This document shows, in pieces, positions 57,963-64,000 of a DNA stretch of 64,000 bases. The notes below the pieces were generated by a model. The model saw only the letters and a list, made by a program, of their open reading frames with translations, was not told the origin of the DNA and did not search any database. The stretch spans positions 823 through 64,822 of the forward strand of contig CAYFIW010000002.1 in assembly GCA_964343265.1 (NCBI GenBank), in the 5' to 3' direction. The position numbers were made by a program, and so were the translations under genes. Origin of the DNA: an uncultured Dehalococcoidia bacterium. GTDB taxonomy: Bacteria > Chloroflexota > Dehalococcoidia > Lucifugimonadales > UBA826. Each line of letters opens with the position of its first letter. Within the stretch, counting starts at the first letter, position 1.

Positions 57963-58916
57963 ATGGAAGATTCAAAACTCGTAATACGAAATTCAATTGA
58001 ATTATTACGTAGCGCTGTAAAAAGTATTGTCGTTGGAAAAGATAACGTGGTAGATCTAGCGATTACTGCCATTCTATGTGGGGGACATATTCTTACTGAA
58101 GACGTGCCTGGCATAGGCAAAACTACTCTAGCCCGAGCCATTTCGGGAGCAATGGATTTTTCTTATGGTCGGGTTCAGTTTACCCCTGATTTGATGCCAT
58201 CAGATGTTGTTGGATTGAACTGGTTTAACCAGCAAAAAAATGCCTTTGAGTTTAGAACGGGTCCCATATTTAATCAGATAATACTTGCAGATGAAATAAA
58301 CAGAGCAACTCCTCGAACGCAATCGGCCCTTTTGGAAGCGATGCAAGAAGGCCAAGTTACCATAGACGGGGAATCAAAAATTTTACCGGCTCCATTTATT
58401 GTAATTGCCACCCAAAACCCTATTGATATGGAAGGTACTTTTCCGTTGCCAGAAGCACAGTTAGACAGATTCATGATGAGGATAAGTCTAGGATATCCTT
58501 CTGCTCTTGAAGAAGAACTCGTAGTAAGTAGATACAATTTTCACGATCCTTTCGATAACCTAGATGCTGCAATCAATTTTGACACCTATAGAACTATGTC
58601 TGAATCTGTAAATCTCATTCAAGTTAGTGAAAACATACGCAATTATTTAATATCTTTAGTACGAGCGACTAGAGACTCAGAAAACGTTAGGCTGGGAGCG
58701 AGTCCTAGAGGGTCTATCGCGCTATATAAGGCCTCTCAAGCTTATGCGCTAATGTCAGGGCGTGATTTTGTTATTCCTGATGATGTAAAACTTTTGTCAG
58801 AGCCTGTTCTGGCCCACAGAATTATTCTCTCTTCAAATGCTTCCTTAAGGGGAATAACTCAGCAGTCAGTTATCCAAGATGTATTGGAGACTATTTCAGT
58901 CCCGATAGAATACTGA
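57963..58916 (+). CDS. moxR: MoxR-family AAA+ ATPase
   Basis: Walker A VPGIGKTTLA, Walker B ILADEINRA, and ATQNPIDMEGTFPLPEAQLDRF (AAA_3 pattern). Confidence 0.92.
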   Translation: MEDSKLVIRNSIELLRSAVKSIVVGKDNVVDLAITAILCGGHILTEDVPGIGKTTLARAISGAMDFSYGRVQFTPDLMPSDVVGLNWFNQQKNAFEFRTGPIFNQIILADEINRATPRTQSALLEAMQEGQVTIDGESKILPAPFIVIATQNPIDMEGTFPLPEAQLDRFMMRISLGYPSALEEELVVSRYNFHDPFDNLDAAINFDTYRTMSESVNLIQVSENIRNYLISLVRATRDSENVRLGASPRGSIALYKASQAYALMSGRDFVIPDDVKLLSEPVLAHRIILSSNASLRGITQQSVIQDVLETISVPIEY

Positions 58917-58948
58917 TAAAAATAATTTGGATTTATTATTGGAAGCAT

Positions 58949-60187
58949 ATGATGTTTCGTAGACTGTGGCATGACCTCTGGGTAACCTTATTTGTTTTAT
59001 TAATCTTGGTAGGACTATTTTCAAATAAAGGCCTAATCATTGGGATGGGGGCTATGGGACTTTTGGTGGCTGCTCTCTCATGGGTGTGGAATAGACTTTC
59101 ATTAGAGGATTTGGAATACCTGAGAAAACTTGATAGGACCCGCGTTTTTGCTGGGGAAAAAGTTAATCTTGAAGTTGAAATATCAAACAATAAACCTATA
59201 CCCGTACCAAGGTTAGAGATTGAGGACGAAATTCCAGATTCTTTAGGCATAAAAGGAGGAAATATCACTTATAGTCCTAACCCTAATTCAACAAGAATTA
59301 AGCAAGCTACATCAGTGGGATGGTATGAAAAGACACGATGGGATTACGAACTGATTGCCTATAGGCGAGGATATTTTAGACTGGGACCGGCCACGATAAA
59401 AGGAGGAGATTTATTTGGATTATTTTCGAATTATAAAAAGGATAATTCGAGAGAACATATTTTGGTATACCCAGAAGTGTTTGATTTGCCGAATTTGGGT
59501 CTTCCAGAAACTAATCCACTTGGAGATACCACTAAAGGTTCTAAGATAGTGCAAGATTTCTATACGCCGTCTGGGATAAGAGATTATCAAAGCGGAGATC
59601 CAATGAAGATCGTGGATTGGAACGCTACGGCGAAAAATAATTCTATAAAAGTCAAGACTTATGATCCCACTTCTTCTCATACCTTCATTATTGCTGTGGC
59701 AGTTGAATCTGCGGATCCTGTATGGAGTGGTTATTCACCAATTTATCTAGAAAGGACTATATCAACTGCTGCTTCCATTGCATCTTATTGTGCTGACAAA
59801 GGTTTAAAGTACGGACTGTTTTCTAATGGCACGCCTGTTGCCTCAGATAGACCCATGACAATATCACCCAGTAATAATCCTGATCAACTAAAGATAATTC
59901 TCGAAATATTGGCGACTATTGCACCTATTCCATCAAAGCCAATTCCAGTACTCCTAAATGAAGCGTTACGAAATTTTCCCGTAAATTCCACTTTAGTTGT
60001 TGCTACGTCAACGATGTCTGAGGAATTTATAGAAGTTATAAGACGAGCCAAAAGCTTTGGTCATGACGTTGTAGTGGTCAACGTTTCTGATACAAAATGT
60101 CCCGAATTACCTGCAACTGTTATAACTTACAACATTGGAGAGTACTTGAAAAAAATGGAGATTTCAGGTGACATCGATTCAAGATAG
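58949..60187 (+). CDS. DUF58 (vWA-like) protein, MoxR partner
   Basis: Two N-terminal TM helices. DUF58 motif IRDYQSGDPMKIVDWNATAK. 32 nt after moxR. Confidence 0.85.
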   Translation: MMFRRLWHDLWVTLFVLLILVGLFSNKGLIIGMGAMGLLVAALSWVWNRLSLEDLEYLRKLDRTRVFAGEKVNLEVEISNNKPIPVPRLEIEDEIPDSLGIKGGNITYSPNPNSTRIKQATSVGWYEKTRWDYELIAYRRGYFRLGPATIKGGDLFGLFSNYKKDNSREHILVYPEVFDLPNLGLPETNPLGDTTKGSKIVQDFYTPSGIRDYQSGDPMKIVDWNATAKNNSIKVKTYDPTSSHTFIIAVAVESADPVWSGYSPIYLERTISTAASIASYCADKGLKYGLFSNGTPVASDRPMTISPSNNPDQLKIILEILATIAPIPSKPIPVLLNEALRNFPVNSTLVVATSTMSEEFIEVIRRAKSFGHDVVVVNVSDTKCPELPATVITYNIGEYLKKMEISGDIDSR

Positions 60188-61568
60188 AGTTATAACAATG
60201 TCTCTGGTAATGGTCGAGTCTATTTGGCTGTACGGCTTATTTTCAGTACTGGGAATATTATTGGGCTTGTCTGGAAGTCCAATTTCTTGGATAAGCTGTC
60301 TCATTGTTTATGGTTTTGGTCTTTATTTTTCCAGGATCATTTCATGGCTTCGCCTTAATAATCTGACATCATCACTTCTTATGGTTCTTATTGGATTCAT
60401 CCTAATTTATATAACAGTTGGCATTGATGTATTACCATCTGGAACAGGTTTTTCAATGTCTTGGCTAACACAGTTTTATTCATCTAAAACTGATAGCACG
60501 GGATCGATGTTTTATGTAATTATGGCAATTTTATGCGCACTTATAACGTGGGCAAGAAGTCTTCGTTCGGGTTCAGATGATTTTCCGTTAGATACTCTAG
60601 TATTCGCTTTTCGAGTTGGGATACTAGTACTTGTGGTAGCAGTAACTGTTGATACGTTTTATTCAAAACGTCTCTATATGCACTTACTGATGTTTTTGTT
60701 TTTCTCCGCGTCGCTTTGTGGTATGAGTTTTGGCCATATTATGCCGTCTTCCAGGCAAATAAAAACCTATACCTGGTTTCCTGTAATGCTCGGGATAGTA
60801 GCTACGATTCTGTCTGTTGGGGCACTTCTTGCTGCACTACAGCCAAGTATTATTAGTTTACTTTCTAGACCAATAATTTATGTAAGTTATATGTTAGGTC
60901 AACTGCTGATATATTTGATTGTTGTACCTGTCGCATTCTTGATACATATCGTTTTAAAGGCGATTATCTGGATGATTGGCGACCGTGAACCCAATCCTGC
61001 ATTTGCTCAAATCGCCGAAGCTTCTAGGCAGCGAATGTCCCTTCAAGAATTTGCTTCAAAATCAGGAAGCGATAGCGGCTTCCTGTTTTCCCAGTTTTTT
61101 GAAATAGGTGCTATGTTTATCGGAACAGCATTTATTTTTATGGTTTTGTTTTGGGCGTTCAGGAGGAGAACTCAGTGGGGTAGGGAAGTATATGAAAAGG
61201 AAAAGCTGGATACGTCTCATGAAGTGGACCCATTTTCAGATTTATTTCGCTTATCAAAAAATTTGTTTTCCAGAGAAAAATCGAATCAAAAAGATAGAGA
61301 TTATGTAATACCTGAAGATTTGGATGAATATTCAACGGATATATTGAAATCCTATTATGAAATGAGGCAAATGGCGGAAAATAAGGGAGTGAAATTTAAT
61401 AAAAATTTCACTCCTGCAGAATCCGTTTCAGCATTTAGTAAATTTTTCTCGATTGAAAACGTTAAATTTGTTACCGAAAAATTTGTATATGTCTGTTACG
61501 GAAAGGTTCGATATGGGCATACGGAGGCGAAAATTGTAAGAGATAAACTTACTGATTTAGATCGGTAA
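60168..61568 (+). CDS. Multi-pass membrane protein with a C-terminal DUF4129-like domain
   Basis: GTG start overlapping the DUF58 gene by 20 nt. Roughly 8 hydrophobic helices. The soluble C-terminus includes KGVKFNKNFTPAESVSAF, which resembles the TP.E core of DUF4129 (from memory). I saw no transglutaminase Cys-His-Asp. Confidence 0.6.
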   Translation: MTSIQDRVITMSLVMVESIWLYGLFSVLGILLGLSGSPISWISCLIVYGFGLYFSRIISWLRLNNLTSSLLMVLIGFILIYITVGIDVLPSGTGFSMSWLTQFYSSKTDSTGSMFYVIMAILCALITWARSLRSGSDDFPLDTLVFAFRVGILVLVVAVTVDTFYSKRLYMHLLMFLFFSASLCGMSFGHIMPSSRQIKTYTWFPVMLGIVATILSVGALLAALQPSIISLLSRPIIYVSYMLGQLLIYLIVVPVAFLIHIVLKAIIWMIGDREPNPAFAQIAEASRQRMSLQEFASKSGSDSGFLFSQFFEIGAMFIGTAFIFMVLFWAFRRRTQWGREVYEKEKLDTSHEVDPFSDLFRLSKNLFSREKSNQKDRDYVIPEDLDEYSTDILKSYYEMRQMAENKGVKFNKNFTPAESVSAFSKFFSIENVKFVTEKFVYVCYGKVRYGHTEAKIVRDKLTDLDR

Positions 61569-61573
61569 TTTAA

Positions 61574-61945
61574 TTAAAAAATGTTTTTTCCTAACCAAAT
61601 ACCTACGTAGGCAGAGAGCAAACCCACAGTAAAACTTCCTAAAACATTGAGAGTAAATTTTAAGTAATCTCCATCCTCTATGCTTTTTACGCTTGCTACT
61701 GTGATTGCAGAAAATGTTGTAAATGACCCACAGAATCCAACTACTAAAAAGAAACTGAAGTAGTCGTGCCAATTTGTTTTTAAGGAAGCAAGACTAATAA
61801 ATAATCCCATTAATAAAGAACCGATTATATTTACTGTAAAAGTTCCGATAACAGTTGGGCCCAAGATATTAGTAGCGAATCGGTCGACACCGTAACGAGT
61901 CAAGGCTCCCAGGGCACCTCCCAGAGCCACAATAATCCAACTCAA
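61574..61945 (-). CDS. crcB: Fluoride ion channel CrcB/FluC
   Basis: 123 aa with four TM helices. GGALGALTRY and GFCGSFTTFS motifs. The start lies 4 nt after the trxB stop. Confidence 0.9.
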   Translation of the reverse strand: MSWIIVALGGALGALTRYGVDRFATNILGPTVIGTFTVNIIGSLLMGLFISLASLKTNWHDYFSFFLVVGFCGSFTTFSAITVASVKSIEDGDYLKFTLNVLGSFTVGLLSAYVGIWLGKNIF

Positions 61946-61949
61946 GTTT

Positions 61950-62885
61950 CTAATTCCTCCAATCCCCAGATTTCATGTATCTAAATGCTGATAGGGCCGA
62001 TGTTGCACCGTCTCCAGCACATGTTATCAACTGAGATGCAGAGTTTTTTCTTATATCTCCAGATGCTAATATTCCTTCAACCTTTGTTCGCATCCAAATA
62101 TCAGTCTCTATGTGGCCTGCCGAGTCCAAATCCAATATAGAGCCTAGATAATTAGTATTTGGCGTCAAACCCACAAATATAAACACACCACTCATTTTTT
62201 CTGTAGTTTCTTCATGTGTCTTACTGTCAACTATAGAAATCGATTCCACCATTTGGTCACCATTAATTTTTTTAACCTCGGTGTTGCAATGGATTGTAAT
62301 TTTTTCATTATTATCCACTTTTGTTTGCAGAATCGCTTGTGCGTGTGGTTGAGGTTCCCTGCAATATATATCCACGCTTGATGCGAAGTCAGTTAGCGTA
62401 AGGGCTTCTTCAAAAGCAGAATCTCCTCCACCAATCACGCAAACTTTTTGATCTAAAAAAAATGCACCATCGCAAGTGGCACAATATGAGACTCCAGATC
62501 CCTCTAGTCTATCTTCCCCTGGAACAGATAATTTTGTTAAAGTGGAACCCCCTGCAATTATCACTGTATGCGTTCGTATGGCTGAATCATAGGTGATAAC
62601 GTCAATACCAGAATCTCCGGGTTTTATTTCTGTCACTTCCGTGAGAGAAATTTCTGTTCCTGCTGACATAGCTTGGTCTTGCATTAGGCCAACGAGTTCT
62701 GCTCCGGACACTCCATTTGGAAATCCAGGATAGTCTTCGACTTTTTCCGCGTTAATGACCTGTCCTCCCGGCATGAGTCTTTCTAATAGAAGTGTGTTTA
62801 GTCCGAGTCTTGCAGAAAATATCCCTGCAGACATACCAGATACGCCCCCTCCTACAATCACCGTGTCCCTTATGTCTCTATTCAT
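61950..62885 (-). CDS. trxB: Thioredoxin-disulfide reductase
   Basis: VIVGGGVSGMSAG (FAD), redox-active CATCDG, VIGGGDSAFEEA (NADPH), and GDI. Confidence 0.93.
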   Translation of the reverse strand: MNRDIRDTVIVGGGVSGMSAGIFSARLGLNTLLLERLMPGGQVINAEKVEDYPGFPNGVSGAELVGLMQDQAMSAGTEISLTEVTEIKPGDSGIDVITYDSAIRTHTVIIAGGSTLTKLSVPGEDRLEGSGVSYCATCDGAFFLDQKVCVIGGGDSAFEEALTLTDFASSVDIYCREPQPHAQAILQTKVDNNEKITIHCNTEVKKINGDQMVESISIVDSKTHEETTEKMSGVFIFVGLTPNTNYLGSILDLDSAGHIETDIWMRTKVEGILASGDIRKNSASQLITCAGDGATSALSAFRYMKSGDWRN

Positions 62886-63060
62886 GTATTCAGGCTCCTA
62901 TTGTTTAACTTTGCTAGATGCCAAAAAAAGATATTTATACCGATGTATGATACCTATCTATTCAAATGCGAGTTGCAAATTCAGCACCATTGGCACTATA
63001 GAATAGTTAGTGAATAATAACTTTACAATTAAGTTAAAGTTAAAGGATTAGTATTTAAAC

Positions 63061-64000
63061 ATGAAAAGCTTTCTTTCACATTTAGAATGTACTTATTGTG
63101 GCGATATATTTTCTTCAGGAGAACCTAATCGTATTTGCGAAGAATGTGGGAAAGTGCTTTATCCTCGATACGATGTCGATGAAGCTAGGAAAGAGTTTAC
63201 TAGAGAGTCACTAAATGGTCGAGCGCCTAATATGTGGCGCTATTTTGAAATGATGCCTATATTAGATGAGAAAAATGTAGTTAGTTTGGGGGAAGGTTTC
63301 ACTCCTATTCTTCGGGCAAAACGACTGAGTGACTTGATCGGGGTGCAAGATATCCGAATTAAGGATGAATCTCTGAATCCAACAGCCTCTTTCAAAGCCC
63401 GCGGTCTATCAGCCGCTGTTTCAAAGGCCAAAGAACTTGGAATTAAACGACTTACCATGCCTTCAGCTGGAAATGCAGCTGGAGCTATGTCTTGCTACGC
63501 TGCCAGGGCAGGTATGGATGCTTATGTGTATATGCCTAAAGATGCTCCAGATGCGAACCAAATAGAAGTTCAAATGAGTGGAGGGAACCTAAATTTAATA
63601 GATGGTTTGATAAGTGATGCAGGGATAATTTCAAGGGAGAAAGCGGCTCAACTAGATTTGTTTGACGTATCCACTCTGCAGGAGCCCTATAGAGTTGAAG
63701 GTAAGAAAACTATGGGTTACGAAATAGCCGAACAATTTAACTGGGTACTGCCAGACGTGATCATCTATCCTACTGGAGGAGGTACTGGAATTGTAGGAAT
63801 GTGGAAAGCCTTTGAAGAGATGCAAAATCTTGGTTGGATAGATTCTAAGAGACCTAGAATGTATGCAGTACAAGCGGAAGGATGCGCTCCTATAGTACGG
63901 GCTTTCCACAATGGCGATACTTTTGCTAAACCTTGGGAGGGGGCTTCCACATTCGCTGCAGGTATAAGGGTTCCGGGTGCTATTGGGGATTACTTGATAT
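63061..64000 (+). CDS. thrC: Threonine synthase family PLP enzyme with N-terminal Zn-ribbon, 3' end outside window
   Basis: It is absent from the ORF track because it has no stop inside the window. My own translation from the ATG at 63061 stays open to 64000. It reads MKSFLSHLECTYCG...CEECG (Zn ribbon), then the PLP-Lys motif ESLNPTASFKARG, then PSAGNAAGA and YPTGGGTG. Confidence 0.88.
   Translation, partial: MKSFLSHLECTYCGDIFSSGEPNRICEECGKVLYPRYDVDEARKEFTRESLNGRAPNMWRYFEMMPILDEKNVVSLGEGFTPILRAKRLSDLIGVQDIRIKDESLNPTASFKARGLSAAVSKAKELGIKRLTMPSAGNAAGAMSCYAARAGMDAYVYMPKDAPDANQIEVQMSGGNLNLIDGLISDAGIISREKAAQLDLFDVSTLQEPYRVEGKKTMGYEIAEQFNWVLPDVIIYPTGGGTGIVGMWKAFEEMQNLGWIDSKRPRMYAVQAEGCAPIVRAFHNGDTFAKPWEGASTFAAGIRVPGAIGDYLI

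Noticed and set aside
62886-63060. Possible fluoride riboswitch upstream of trxB-crcB.
   Set aside because: Only a short partial match (CCAAUGGUGCUG) to the conserved core. The other conserved segments of the crcB motif are not visible by eye. A covariance-model scan is needed before any call.
1-64000. Search for CRISPR arrays, IS elements or transposases, integrases, phage genes, toxin-antitoxin pairs, or long direct repeats.
   Set aside because: I found nothing of the kind by eye. All ORFs over 60 aa that look real belong to housekeeping or broadly conserved families. The only repeats seen are terminator inverted repeats and the intragenic protein repeats at 12264-13034.

Overview
Visibly AT-rich, very compact bacterial chromosomal segment. 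Spacers are short and many gene junctions overlap by 1-20 nt. Almost all of it is core housekeeping.

Gene content in order:
- nusG (5' end cut by the window), then rplK-rplA-(L10 leader/attenuator)-rplJ-rplL
- a LarA-like gene, an M20 peptidase, nadE and an aminotransferase on the minus strand
- ispH, a ComB-family phosphatase and an aldo/keto reductase
- a 663-aa repeat-containing membrane protein
- sirC-hemC-cobA/hemD-hemB
- divergent sodX/sodN (nickel superoxide dismutase)
- panE flanked by two cupins
- a tryptophan T-box leader driving trpS-trpEGDCF
- VOC, HIT and YqeK genes
- coaX-coaBC
- an NYN/LOTUS protein
- moeB-like, a CbpA-like J protein and a PduO-type adenosyltransferase
- hisH-hisA-(methyltransferase)-hisF-hisIE
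- DUF1385, then rpmE-rpmA-rplU
- truB-rbfA-infB-nusA
- modABC
- an amidohydrolase and a Nudix hydrolase
- rpmH-rnpA-yidD-(PQQ beta-propeller)-yidC-jag
- a PfkB kinase, an AI-2E permease and two crotonases
- tRNA-Gln(UUG)
- moxR-DUF58-DUF4129-like
- trxB-crcB
- a threonine synthase that runs off the 3' edge, so it is absent from the supplied ORF track

I saw no rRNA, CRISPR array, transposase or integrase, prophage, or obvious defence island. The T-box and the rpmH-rnpA-yidD-yidC-jag order suggest a monoderm-type lineage (Firmicutes-like or Chloroflexota-like). That is inference only.

I did not find a convincing novel multi-gene system, and the window reads as ordinary core genome. The leads most worth a second look are:
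- an 89-113 nt dual-frame overlap between yidC and jag
- a secreted PQQ beta-propeller inserted into the rnpA-yidD-yidC cluster
- a single Trp T-box apparently controlling trpS plus trpEGDCF
- an uncharacterised membrane protein with three ~93-aa tandem repeats
- an orphan LarA homolog
- a terminator-like hairpin in the nusA leader

All family assignments come from motif recognition by eye. No database search was run.
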